Of a stretch of 64,000 bases of DNA, positions 39,592 through 49,697 are shown piece by piece (within the stretch, counting starts at the first letter, position 1; each line of letters begins with the position of its first letter). The stretch covers positions 2,535,922 through 2,599,921 of the forward strand of contig OY762508.1 in the NCBI GenBank assembly GCA_963665975.1, given 5' to 3'. The notes beneath the pieces are model-generated. The model ran no database searches. It saw only the letters and a program-made list of their open reading frames with translations, and was not told where the DNA came from. Made by a program: the position numbers and the translations under genes. Origin of the DNA: Rhodothermales bacterium (GTDB lineage: Bacteria > Bacteroidota > Rhodothermia > Rhodothermales > Bin80).

Positions 39592-42507
39592 TCAGAACCT
39601 GTATCGGACCCCCAGGTCGATCGTCCTTCCGTAATTCTGTCGTAATCCAACGAATCTGGATTCGTTCAGAAACCTATTCACGTCTTCAGACGCCGTGATG
39701 TTGCTGACGTTGAGGTAGACATCCAGACCGCGCACGGGTAGTGACTGCTTCAGCGAGAGGTCCCATCTTCTGAATCCATCGCTTGATTCTCTGAGTTCGG
39801 GCCAGAAATTAGTTTTTCTGAATATATCGGACCTGTACAGCATGGACACTCTAGCGGAGAATCCCTTGTAGTCGTAACCGATGGCGAAATTCATGATTTG
39901 ATCAGGCTGATCGATCAACCGATCCACGTAGAGCGTGTCCCTGTTGATACTGGTTACCCGCAATGGCGGACCAAAGTCTATTTCAAATTCTATGATCGTC
40001 CGGGGATACTTGACCTCTGAATTCGTAACTGTATAGTTGGCATTGAAGACCAGTCCGCTAAGGAAGCCGGGGAGATACCAGAAACGGGTCTGATAGTCGA
40101 ACTCGAAGCCGCGTAACAGCACATCGTGCGGATTGTTGGAGACATAATTCTGGATAAACCCTTTCTCTATTTCTTCCGGTAGACCATACGGTTCCGCCTC
40201 TACTATGTATCTTCGCCCACTGGAAAAAATCAGGTCATCTATATTCTTTTGGAAGTACCCAACACTGAAAAAGCCGATGTGATTTTGAATGACGGAAATG
40301 CTCGCATCGATATTTCTGGAGAGTGCGGGCTTCAGGAAAGGATTCCTGTAAGTAACACTCCTGTTTGCACCCGCGATATTGTAAAGCGGAAGGAAATCGG
40401 CATAGTTCGGCCGAGCCAGAGTATGGGTGCGGGCGAAGCGCAATTCAAGCCAGCGCACGGGTCTGTATCGCAGGAATAATGCCGGGAGCAGGAATTCATT
40501 AGTTCGCTCCCGAGTGACGTTCTCGAACCCCGCGAAAGTATAACTTGGGATCACATTCTGCCAACCCTGCCATGAGTCATAGACCGTCTTGTTTCTTTCC
40601 CACCGCACGCCTGCAACCACGTTGAACTTAGAGCCGATATCGACATCAGCCATCACGTAGGAAGCGGTGTAGGTTTCTTCCCCCGAGTAGTCGAACAGGT
40701 TTGAATTCGTCTGGTGAAACGTGTGCGCAATTTCTTCCCAATACGTAGCGTAGCTGAAATTTTCGGTCAGGAAATCCGAAATGTCTTTCAGCAGGTCCAA
40801 ATCTGCAAACGGGCCGAGGGCAAAGTCGCCATTCAGAAAATCGCCCTCCTTATAGTCCTCGCCGATAAAGGCTGCATAAGGCAAGCGTCGCACGCCCGGA
40901 AACCCGAATTCGCCAACACGAGGAAACGCGACAAGAAGTGAATCCATCGCTGGTTGCCAGACGTAATCGAGGCGTCCGGATTCGACCCCCTTGTCATACT
41001 CCCTGGCCTTCTTCCGGTATTTGGCTCCCACCCTTATTGCGCCGGACAGATACTTGAATACCCTGAAATCATATCCCAGATCGAGACGAGCAGCCGCTTC
41101 CGTCTCATCGTTCGCATCCCGATTGATGCTGTACCCATCAGCATAGACTGTCGCAAGGTCATTTTTCAAAAAGTCCTGGACACTGTTCACGTTCACACCC
41201 AGGACCAGTTTCGTGAATGCCAGGTGCTCTCGGAATCGCGCCACGAACCGGTTGAAATCCTGAGTCGACTTGGACAGGGACACCGACGCATCGATGTGGA
41301 ATTTTGAGAAGAGCGTTTGGCTAAGCTCCAGGATATGCGTATTAACGGTGATTCTTCTATCGCCCCAGCCGGAGTTGTAGATTCGCCCGCCGGTAGCCAA
41401 GGCGTAGGATTCGAAGAATGTGGTTTGATCCGTATTGATCGAACTATTGAGAAAACTGTAACTGACGTTGCCTTCGGGTAGATCGAAATCGGCGACTAAA
41501 AGCCCATTCAAGCGGTCGTTCTTGCGGGTAATATCAAACAGACTGATTCCGGTAGTCCGCAATGCATTCAATGAGTCGAGTTGGGCATTTGGATTATCGT
41601 ATGAAGCGCTCAACTCATGAGAACTACGGTCCCTGTTTTCGAGATCGATTAGGCCCAGCAATCCAAGACGATTCTTGAAAAACCGGTTGCTCACTTCAAG
41701 CACCAGTTTGTAATCTTGGTAAGACTGTCTCAGGCCGTTATACATGCCTTGTGCAAGGGCATTAATGTGAAATCCCGGCTCAGCCGTTTTCAGTTTGAAA
41801 TTAACGGTTCCACCCAGGACATCGGCATCCTGATCCGGTGTACCGGCTTTGGTAACTTCAATGCCTTTAAGCATATACTGGGATACCATACTCAAATCGG
41901 TACTACGATCAGAAGAATCCGTTGCAGCCAGTCGTACACCATTGACCGAAAGGGCGTTGTATTTTGGTGACAGCCCCCTGATGACCACTTTATTGCCCTC
42001 GCCACCTTCGCGCTGCACCGTGACGCCCGGAATGCGCGCCACAGACTCCGCAGCGTTGGCGTCTGGCAATTCTTCAATTCTGTCGGAAGATACTATGTTG
42101 ACCAGCGATTTTTCTGCAAGTTGCCTGTTGATGGCGTCCATCTGACCTTTCGCCTGAGCAGTGACGACTATTTCTTCGCCCTCGAGCATCGTATAACTCA
42201 TCTCGAAGTCTCTTTCAATGTCAGTCTCACCTGTAACAATTAGAGTGTCGGATACCGAGGTATAACCAATGTAGCCTGCCCTGATTATGTACGTCCCTGC
42301 TGTCACGTTTGATATTACATATCGTCCGTCTTCGTCGGTGGCATCACCAATGCCTGCACCAATCAGAATAACATTTGCACCAATCAGCGGGCTGCGATCC
42401 TGGGCGTCTCGCACTGTTCCACTAATGCTGACGGATTGTGCGTGAGCAAGGTTCGCGCTCAGCAAAAGAGTCAACAGAATGACTGGTGGCACCGTCCGGC
42501 TTCTCAT
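39592..42507 (-). CDS. TonB-dependent receptor with N-terminal CarboxypepD_reg domain
   Basis: Signal peptide (MRSRTVPPVILLTLLLSANLAHAQ, ATG 42507). SISGTVRDAQDRSPLIGANVILIG..DEDGRYVISNVTAGTYIIRAGYIGY, plug and barrel, ends ..DLGVRYRF. Confidence 0.9.
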   Translation of the reverse strand: MRSRTVPPVILLTLLLSANLAHAQSVSISGTVRDAQDRSPLIGANVILIGAGIGDATDEDGRYVISNVTAGTYIIRAGYIGYTSVSDTLIVTGETDIERDFEMSYTMLEGEEIVVTAQAKGQMDAINRQLAEKSLVNIVSSDRIEELPDANAAESVARIPGVTVQREGGEGNKVVIRGLSPKYNALSVNGVRLAATDSSDRSTDLSMVSQYMLKGIEVTKAGTPDQDADVLGGTVNFKLKTAEPGFHINALAQGMYNGLRQSYQDYKLVLEVSNRFFKNRLGLLGLIDLENRDRSSHELSASYDNPNAQLDSLNALRTTGISLFDITRKNDRLNGLLVADFDLPEGNVSYSFLNSSINTDQTTFFESYALATGGRIYNSGWGDRRITVNTHILELSQTLFSKFHIDASVSLSKSTQDFNRFVARFREHLAFTKLVLGVNVNSVQDFLKNDLATVYADGYSINRDANDETEAAARLDLGYDFRVFKYLSGAIRVGAKYRKKAREYDKGVESGRLDYVWQPAMDSLLVAFPRVGEFGFPGVRRLPYAAFIGEDYKEGDFLNGDFALGPFADLDLLKDISDFLTENFSYATYWEEIAHTFHQTNSNLFDYSGEETYTASYVMADVDIGSKFNVVAGVRWERNKTVYDSWQGWQNVIPSYTFAGFENVTRERTNEFLLPALFLRYRPVRWLELRFARTHTLARPNYADFLPLYNIAGANRSVTYRNPFLKPALSRNIDASISVIQNHIGFFSVGYFQKNIDDLIFSSGRRYIVEAEPYGLPEEIEKGFIQNYVSNNPHDVLLRGFEFDYQTRFWYLPGFLSGLVFNANYTVTNSEVKYPRTIIEFEIDFGPPLRVTSINRDTLYVDRLIDQPDQIMNFAIGYDYKGFSARVSMLYRSDIFRKTNFWPELRESSDGFRRWDLSLKQSLPVRGLDVYLNVSNITASEDVNRFLNESRFVGLRQNYGRTIDLGVRYRF

Positions 42508-42974
42508 GATCCTATTGGTCGAATCCCTTGTGAACGCTCGGTACCGGACAAGATGAACAGGAGTGCTTGTGCAGTTGCTCATGCAATCAGGAATTGTTTC
42601 TAGTCATCCCGATACGGACCAACGGCCCGATCGGCGAAAAAGGCTGGTCGCCCATGGCCCCACAGTCCTTCAAGAGCACGGACACCGGCTATTGGCGCCA
42701 CTTGCGAAGGCCGCGCCATGCCACTCGACAGTTTGCTAAAGTCGGCGCCAGACACTCGCCCAGGCCCCGCGCCCCGGAAGTCGCGTTTGTCATTGCAACG
42801 ATACTCCTGCGTGGGCAACGACGACCGGCCTGTGTTGTGGCGTCTTTGACGGATACTCGGATGCACTAGTCCGCGACGAAGGTTGTTATCGAAGTGCATA
42901 GAGTGCGTACACAGAATATATCCTGACAGGATCGGATCAGCGGAGAGAGTTTCTGACAAGTCTGCCTGCCAGGC

Positions 42975-43017
42975 GGCTGTGTCAATCGTCGTCGCAATTC
43001 TGGCAGGCTGTGTCAAT
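42975..43017. repeat. 12-bp direct repeat GGCTGTGTCAAT x2 (42975-42986 and 43006-43017)
   Basis: Exact copies 31 bp apart, in the gap upstream of the TonB receptor operon. Confidence 0.85.
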
Positions 43018-43656
43018 TGCTTAGCCCGTGCTAGCCGGAATGTACCGGTTTATCCGGTATGATGTTGGAGGTGGTGCAGCACGAGGCACGGAAGTGCACC
43101 CCTTTCGCATCCGTTTCCAGTGTTGTGACCAGTACACCGTACCCTCTCGTCTGGTCTAAGCGTCTTCTCCATAATTCAGAAGCTGGTACGATGTTGCGCG
43201 GCATGCATGAATCTGGCTGCCACCGACAGGGGAGCGGTCGGCAGTGTTTCCGCGGCTACCGCGACCACGTCAGTAGTAAGATGGGGTTAATTGCGGATCC
43301 GGGTCAGAAATCGCGTGTTTGGTTGTGCCTTACATGCGATTGCCAGGGCCGCCCTGAACCATCGCGGGGTTGCTTCATTGCGCCCGCCGCCAACGAGGCG
43401 GCTGTATGTGCGCTAAGGTCGTCGAGAACTCTTCTCCGCACCCGCCACACGTCGCTCTTATGCCATGCACAATCGGGCTTACAAGATATTTGTGGTACCT
43501 CACGAAATAATCCCGGAGGCAGTTCACGTTTGCGATACGATTGGTTATCCTTAGATTCCTGGGTCGGGTCTCTGCTTCAAGCCCCATAGTTACGCTCGGA
43601 AAAATTCTCGAGTTTTCTTTTCTGATGGGCGCATTACACAATATAGGTTGGCCAGA

Positions 43657-44469
43657 CTACTGTCCTACCCTCCGAAGGCGCCGTCTGACTTGCCTGCTGG
43701 CCGACTTTAACAGGCGTTTGTAGTAGGCATCACTGTCATCTTCTGGATAGCGCATTTGCGATCCGCTCTCTAGCAGCATGTCTACGATCGCGAGATAGGC
43801 AGTTTGGCGTTTCCGCGCTCCCCCCGAATACCGTGACCCATGCACAGCCCATCCCAGTGGGGAACTCCGGTGTGATGCATCAAAGACTTCCAGTGGGGCT
43901 CCACGGGCGATAAGCACGCGTGCGTTAGTCGGCTGACCAAACCAGGCTGCCTGATGCAGCGGTGTGCCGCCGTCCAGGCCTGGAGCTGCCAAATCTGCGC
44001 CAGCATCCAGTAGCAGTTCCACCGGCCACAGTTCAACCCTGCCAGCAACGTCTGCAAGCAGCCGGTCTTCTTCGGGGTTACCGGTACGGACTGCCTCCGG
44101 ATGAGTGCGCAATAGCGCTGAAGCTGTGTCTCGATCCTTGCGGGCGACGGCGATTGCCAAGTCGTCCGGGATCGCGGTTGTGCAGTCGGCATGCTGCGAC
44201 TTCAGGAATGCGCAGACCTCGGTGAATCCACGCCGCGCAGCATGGACGTAGGCAGTCTTGCCATTCGCCGTCTTTGCATCGATATCGGCGCTATGGGCAA
44301 GCAGGATTCGTACCGCAGACAGCCTTCGGCGACGCACAGCCACGTGAAATGGCGTCTCCGCATGCGGCCCCCATGGCAAATCGGGATCGCCGCCTCTACG
44401 CAACATGGTCCGTAATGTGGCGTCTCCAAGCCTGCCATAGCCAGTATCCAGGAATTCATGCAGATTCAT
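43657..44469 (-). CDS. Ankyrin-repeat protein (270 aa)
   Basis: ANK repeats (..TPFHVAVRRRRLSAVRILLAHSADIDAK.., ..GKTAYVHAARRGFTEVCAFL.., ..GTPLHQAAWFGQPTNARVLIARGAPL..). Confidence 0.85.
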   Translation of the reverse strand: MNLHEFLDTGYGRLGDATLRTMLRRGGDPDLPWGPHAETPFHVAVRRRRLSAVRILLAHSADIDAKTANGKTAYVHAARRGFTEVCAFLKSQHADCTTAIPDDLAIAVARKDRDTASALLRTHPEAVRTGNPEEDRLLADVAGRVELWPVELLLDAGADLAAPGLDGGTPLHQAAWFGQPTNARVLIARGAPLEVFDASHRSSPLGWAVHGSRYSGGARKRQTAYLAIVDMLLESGSQMRYPEDDSDAYYKRLLKSASRQVRRRLRRVGQ

Positions 44470-44529
44470 TGGGAGCGGGTCTCAGGGTCAAGTCAGTGAT
44501 GTATCAATTGGACGGGCCTTGCATCCCTT

Positions 44530-44928
44530 CTATTCCGCCAACGGATCATACGTGCCGAAACTCCATAAATTGCCTTCCAGATCTTCCACGGAAAACTCCC
44601 GCGAGCCATACTCGGTATCCTGCAATTCCCGGACGATATGCGCGCCTGCCGCGCGTGCGCGCGCATACTGTGCCTCGATGTCAGGCACGTGAATGTAGGT
44701 GCCATATCGGACTGCATCCCACGGGTTGTCGGGATCGGGCTCCCCTGGCAATGAGCCAAGCATGATCAGTCCACTTCCGAGTGTTAGCTGCGCATGAGCG
44801 ATAGTATCGTCCGGTCCGGGAACCACAAATCGCTGCTCGAAACCAAATGCATCTTCCAGCCAGGCGATCGCCTTGGGGGCATTCTTGTAACGGAAGGCGG
44901 GAAAGATGTTGGGTTTCTCGGTCGACAT
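44530..44928 (-). CDS. VOC/glyoxalase-family protein
   Basis: 132 aa. IFPAFRYKNAPKAIAWLEDAFGF...AHAQLTLGSGLIML...DLEGNLWSFGTYDP is typical of VOC-family (PhnB-like) proteins. Confidence 0.85.
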   Translation of the reverse strand: MSTEKPNIFPAFRYKNAPKAIAWLEDAFGFEQRFVVPGPDDTIAHAQLTLGSGLIMLGSLPGEPDPDNPWDAVRYGTYIHVPDIEAQYARARAAGAHIVRELQDTEYGSREFSVEDLEGNLWSFGTYDPLAE

Positions 44929-44999
44929 ATTTAGCTCCGTCGAGGTATTATCTGATTGATGGGAGGCGGAACATAGCGGATTCCCGAGTCACAAACTAT

Positions 45000-45443
45000 A
45001 TGACGCTAACGCCCATGGCGGAATTAAAGACGAAACAGACGACGGCGAGTGTGGCGGAATTCATCGCCGCCATCGCTGACGAAGATCGGCGCGCCGACTG
45101 CGAAGCGATTCTTTCGCTCATGGCGGCGGTCACGGGTGAGGAGCCCGCTATGTGGGGGACAAGTATCGTCGGCTTTGGGTCGTACAGGTACAAGTACGCT
45201 TCTGGTCGGGAGGGAGTATGGCCTCTGACCGGGTTTTCGCCGCGCAAGCGAAATTTGACGCTGTATATCATGACGGGCTTCGATCGATACCCGGAATTGA
45301 TAGCCAACCTCGGCACCTACACGACGGGCAAGTCTTGCCTGTATATCAAGCGTCTGGCGGATGTGGATATCGACACGCTTCGGGAGCTCGTCGAGGCTTC
45401 CGTGCGACGGATGGAGAAAAAGTACCACAACCAAGTCACCTAA
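45000..45443 (+). CDS. DUF1801 (YdhG-like) domain protein
   Basis: ..TTASVAEFIAAIADEDRRADCEAILSLMAAVTGEEPAMWGTSIVGFGSYRYKYASGREG...LYIKRLADVD.. matches the DUF1801 pattern. ATG 45015 is an alternative start. Confidence 0.8.
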   Translation: MTLTPMAELKTKQTTASVAEFIAAIADEDRRADCEAILSLMAAVTGEEPAMWGTSIVGFGSYRYKYASGREGVWPLTGFSPRKRNLTLYIMTGFDRYPELIANLGTYTTGKSCLYIKRLADVDIDTLRELVEASVRRMEKKYHNQVT

Positions 45444-45447
45444 AGGC

Positions 45448-48400
45448 TCAAGAAGGCTTTTTTTCCCATCGAGGCACGCGGCTTCGCGCACGCCCATAAT
45501 ATCGCCGTAGCGCCTCGCTTTCGGGTTGCCTGAAGAGCGCCTTCTTCCAGTTGCCCGTGTCGGTCCCTTCCTCGTACCAGTGCACGTCGCCTCCGACAAG
45601 GGCTGCAAGCGGAACGCCGCCTCGATATAGGACCCTGTTTGTTGCGAGCGCCGGCACCCGGGTGCCGGGCGTCAGGATGCCAACCAGGTTTAGGGGATCC
45701 GCCGCGCTGATGCTGACAAATTCTGAGTCCAGGGCATCGCTCCGTAGCAGACCTGCTGCTTCTGGAAGCGCGAAATGCTCGCCCGGCACGCCGGCGACGA
45801 AGCGTCCGCCGCGTATTTCTCCTCGGGCTTCCAGGCGCCAGTAGATGCGCACCAGTTCGCGCCACGGAGGGAGTCCGTGCTCCCGAGCCAGGAGCCTTCG
45901 GAACACGATCCCGTATCTTCGCAGCAATAGGCGGGCAATGTCTTCCGTGCGATCTACAGGCTCCTCGTCATAGGGTTCTGTCAGAAACCACCGGCCAGCA
46001 GACTCTATTCCGGGTCTCTTACGGCGTTCATTCGAAGGCGTAAGCAGCGAGCGCAATCCGGCAAACCCGTCCGCGCTGGCGAGGCCCTTGGCGACAAGCT
46101 CGCTCAAGGCCGCCTCTACTTGCGTGGGCAACAGGCGACTCTGGTGTATCAGCGCATGGGAGAAAGAGGCCCCTTGGGTGTTGAGAATCGCGAATATCCG
46201 TTCTGCTGCTGCCGAGAGCATGCTGCCGTTGCGCGCCGTCTGCAGTAATCCCGCATGCTCCCGCAAGAACAGTGCAATGGGTGTGGAGCGAACGGGTGCC
46301 GCAGTGTCCGCTGCCACCAGGCGACCCCAGGCAAGGCGTCCCTGGAAGCATAGCGTGTCGAGCATGGCAGGATCATATTCGGTAACGCGCAGTGGCAACA
46401 CGTCGGACTCCCATGCCGCAGCCTGCAGGGAGTATCCGTCCAACTGAGCTATGACGCCATAGAGCCCCTCGGTGCCGGTAACGCGGTAGCCCGGCGTGGC
46501 TTTTTGCCATGCGCACAGGAATCGCATGAACTGCGCCGTCGACACAGGTTGAATATTGGCTCGTAACCGACCAAGTGTGTATCGATGCATGCGGGCAAGC
46601 AGTCGCCGATTGCACCATTCGATCGTATCGGCCGAAGGGGTAAATGCGCCGCGGAGGATTTCCCCTGCGGCTTCAAGTCGGAGGACTGCTTGCTCAACCA
46701 GGTAGGTTGTCAGGCCCAGACGCTGGGCAATATAGTCGTTGGATACCGGGCCACTAATAGTGAGCAAGCCTCGCACGAACGCCTCGGCTGCCGCATCCTC
46801 AGGCGCGGTCACCTCCATCGGAGAAAGCGGTGGATTGAATTCCATGTTCCATAGCGCCAGCCCTTCGTGCATGCGCTCTCGGGGCAACCAGACAGCAAAA
46901 TCTGACCCCTTCACCGTACCCTTGGCGGCTCGCCCGGAGGCGGCAAGCGACGCAAACAGATCCTGAAACGAATTGATATCCGCCGGGAGACAGCCCAGCG
47001 TCAGGAGCACGTCGTGCAACGAGTCTGGATCTTCCGGTCTTGGCTGTACCTCTTCAATCACGCGGAGAATGGCTGCTCCATCCAGGATATTGTCAGAGGT
47101 GGCTTCGAAGGGACGCCTGCGATGGACAGCCTGCGTTCGTCGCTCTTCGATTGGAGTATCGTCCAGAAATGCAAATGGGCTTGCGGTCAAGATCTCGTGC
47201 GCCAGCGGAGAGGGCTCCAGACCGTCACAGGTTAGTAGCCGGATCGCACCATCTTGCAGGCGGTCGAGAAGATCCCGCAGTCCGGCATGATCCATGACCA
47301 GTTCGAGACAGTCTGTCAGGGTCTGATCCACCAGGGGGTGTTCAGGTATCTCCCGCTCTCCGTCGACGTTTTCGAGGCACGCCGCGGCGTCGGGGAAAAC
47401 CGCTACGAGGATATCCTCGGCCTGCATCCGCTGAAGTGGTGGCGGAACCTTCTTGCCGCCACGCCGCCGTGGCACGGCAAGGGCAATGTTCAGATTCCAG
47501 CGCCACCGCGTCTGAAACATTGGTGCGTCCAGGATGGCCTGTACCAGAGTGGTGCGGAGCGTGACAGGGTGTAAGTAGTCGAATACTTCTTCCAGAGGAA
47601 ACGAATGTTGCGGTCCCAAAGACAGCAGAATGGCGTTTTCCGTTGCCGCCGCCTGCAGTTCGAAATTGAACTTCCGACAGAACCGTTTACGCAGTGCCAG
47701 TCCCCATGCGCGGTTGATGCGCGCTCCGAAAGGGGAGTGAAGGACCAGTTGCATGCCGCCGGCAGCATCAAAGAATCGCTCCAGAATTAATGTGTGCTGC
47801 GTAGGCAGTGCCCCCAGAAGTTGTCGGCAGGTAACCAGGTATTCGGCAATCTGGCGTGCAACGCCGTCGGATAGTCCACGTGTTTCCGTTAGCCAGTGTT
47901 CGGCCATTTCTCGGCTCTGCAGGTGCTCCTCCACCTCTTTCCGAAAGCGCGCTACGGCCGCCGACAACTCGTTGCTGCGCGCGGGTGCCTCACCAAACCA
48001 GAAGGGAATCGTAGGCGGTGCATCTTGGGCATCTTCGACGCGTACCACGCCCGCCTCCACACGAAGGATGCGCCACGCCGTGTTTCCAAGCTGAAAGATG
48101 TCGCCGGCGATGCTTTCAATGGCGAAGTCCTCGTTAACCGTGCCGACGAAGGTATCCTCTGGCTCCTGCACGACGCGATAGTCTGCCGAGTCAGGAATGG
48201 CGCCACCTGAGGTCAGTGCGACCATCCGTGCGGCTGGCCTCCCCTTGATGCGATGGTGTACGCCGTCGTGGTAAAGGAGCGCGCCACGCCTGCCGCGGTC
48301 GGTGATAAACCCGCGCGCCAACATCTTTGCAAGGTCTGCTAACAACGCGCGATCCAGCGCGCGGTACGGGTAGGCTCGCCGAAAGAGTTCAGTTAGGGCA

Positions 48401-49677
48401 TCGAGTTCCCAGGCTTCAGTACTGGCCTCTGCAACGATCTGCTGACACAGGACGTCGAGCGGCATGTGCAGTGGGTGAACGCTTTCCAGCTCTCCGCGCT
48501 CCAGTGCATCAAGCAGCGCGACGCACTCCACGAGGTCATCTCGTGTCAGTGGGAAGAGCCGCCCTTTCGATATGCCATCGACCTGATGCCCTGCGCGTCC
48601 TATGCGTTGCAAGAACGTCGCGATAGAGCGCGGAGAGCCAATCTGGCACACGAGATCGACACTCCCGATGTCAATACCGAGCTCCAGGGAAGCTGTGGCG
48701 ACCAGCACCTTGAGTGCACCCTCCTTCAAGCGCCGCTCCGCATCACGCCGTTGGTCCTGTGACAGGCTGCCATGGTGCGCGGCAACGGCGACATCTCCGA
48801 GTCGGTCTGCGAGCTGTCGCGCCAGTCGTTCCGCCATGCGCCGGGCGTTTACGAACACAAGCGTCGTGCCATGCTCAGTGGCCAGTCGTGCCAGTCGATC
48901 ATAGATTTCTCCCCAGACTTCGTGCGATATTACTGCATCCAGGGGGGATGAAGGCACTTCGACGCCGAGGTCCATCCGTCGCCGGTGGCCCAAATCGACG
49001 ATGGTGCATGGCTCGGCGGATGCGCCGACCAGGAAGCGTGCGACCTCTTCTACGGGTTTTTGGGTTGCCGAGAGACCGATGCGTTGCAGAGGCTTGCCAG
49101 CCACGTGATCCAACCGCTCAAGGGAAAGGGCCAGATGAGCGCCTCGTCGGGAGGGGAGTACTGCGTGGATTTCATCAATGATGACGCAGCGAGCCGTGCG
49201 GAGCGCTTCTCGGCTTCGCGCTGCGGTCAGCAGCAAGTACAGGGACTCAGGCGTCGTAACCAGGATGTGCGGCGGTTTCCTCGTCATGGCCGCCCGCCTG
49301 TGTGGCGGTGTGTCTCCGGTACGGGTGGCGGTTGTGATGTGCGGCGGTGAGAGGCCCGCGTCCAATGCCGCGCTCCTTATGCCGTCCCTTGGGATGGCAA
49401 GGTTTACATGGACATCCGTACTCAGCGCCTTGAGCGGAGATACATAGACAACGGTCGTCTCATCTGGCAAAGATCCAGATGCGAGGCCCTGCGCAAAGAG
49501 CCTGTCCAGTGCGACGAGGAATGCGGCGAGTGTCTTCCCGGATCCGGTGGGTGCCGCAATGAGCGTGTGGCGGCCTTCGCGAATATGCGGCCATCCCAAT
49601 CGCTGTGCATCGGTCGCCGCAGCAAACGCAGCTTCGAACCACTGCGTCACGACAGGATGAAAGCCGGCGGGCGCCAT
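45448..49677 (-). CDS. lhr: Lhr-family ATP-dependent DEAD/DEAH-box helicase (large form, 1,409 aa)
   Basis: N-terminus FHPVVTQWFEAAF...TLIAAPTGSGKTLAAFL, DEIH box (VIIDEIHAV), helicase C domain, long Lhr-type C-terminal extension. Confidence 0.93.
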   Translation of the reverse strand: MAPAGFHPVVTQWFEAAFAAATDAQRLGWPHIREGRHTLIAAPTGSGKTLAAFLVALDRLFAQGLASGSLPDETTVVYVSPLKALSTDVHVNLAIPRDGIRSAALDAGLSPPHITTATRTGDTPPHRRAAMTRKPPHILVTTPESLYLLLTAARSREALRTARCVIIDEIHAVLPSRRGAHLALSLERLDHVAGKPLQRIGLSATQKPVEEVARFLVGASAEPCTIVDLGHRRRMDLGVEVPSSPLDAVISHEVWGEIYDRLARLATEHGTTLVFVNARRMAERLARQLADRLGDVAVAAHHGSLSQDQRRDAERRLKEGALKVLVATASLELGIDIGSVDLVCQIGSPRSIATFLQRIGRAGHQVDGISKGRLFPLTRDDLVECVALLDALERGELESVHPLHMPLDVLCQQIVAEASTEAWELDALTELFRRAYPYRALDRALLADLAKMLARGFITDRGRRGALLYHDGVHHRIKGRPAARMVALTSGGAIPDSADYRVVQEPEDTFVGTVNEDFAIESIAGDIFQLGNTAWRILRVEAGVVRVEDAQDAPPTIPFWFGEAPARSNELSAAVARFRKEVEEHLQSREMAEHWLTETRGLSDGVARQIAEYLVTCRQLLGALPTQHTLILERFFDAAGGMQLVLHSPFGARINRAWGLALRKRFCRKFNFELQAAATENAILLSLGPQHSFPLEEVFDYLHPVTLRTTLVQAILDAPMFQTRWRWNLNIALAVPRRRGGKKVPPPLQRMQAEDILVAVFPDAAACLENVDGEREIPEHPLVDQTLTDCLELVMDHAGLRDLLDRLQDGAIRLLTCDGLEPSPLAHEILTASPFAFLDDTPIEERRTQAVHRRRPFEATSDNILDGAAILRVIEEVQPRPEDPDSLHDVLLTLGCLPADINSFQDLFASLAASGRAAKGTVKGSDFAVWLPRERMHEGLALWNMEFNPPLSPMEVTAPEDAAAEAFVRGLLTISGPVSNDYIAQRLGLTTYLVEQAVLRLEAAGEILRGAFTPSADTIEWCNRRLLARMHRYTLGRLRANIQPVSTAQFMRFLCAWQKATPGYRVTGTEGLYGVIAQLDGYSLQAAAWESDVLPLRVTEYDPAMLDTLCFQGRLAWGRLVAADTAAPVRSTPIALFLREHAGLLQTARNGSMLSAAAERIFAILNTQGASFSHALIHQSRLLPTQVEAALSELVAKGLASADGFAGLRSLLTPSNERRKRPGIESAGRWFLTEPYDEEPVDRTEDIARLLLRRYGIVFRRLLAREHGLPPWRELVRIYWRLEARGEIRGGRFVAGVPGEHFALPEAAGLLRSDALDSEFVSISAADPLNLVGILTPGTRVPALATNRVLYRGGVPLAALVGGDVHWYEEGTDTGNWKKALFRQPESEALRRYYGRARSRVPRWEKKPS

Positions 49678-49697
49678 ATCTTCTTCGCTGATTGCGA

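Noticed and set aside
42600-43589. ORFs 42600-43016(-) 138 aa and 43059-43589(+) 176 aa as genes
   Set aside because: No start context, motifs or family. Composition is Cys/Arg/Ser-rich. They are kept only as part of the unexplained-gap finding.
42508-43656. Cobalamin or other riboswitch upstream of the TonB-dependent receptor
   Set aside because: I could not find a B12-box-like core (GCCACTG context) or a TPP-like CTGAGA core on the relevant strand. The receptor is SusC-like (CarboxypepD_reg N-terminus) rather than BtuB-like.
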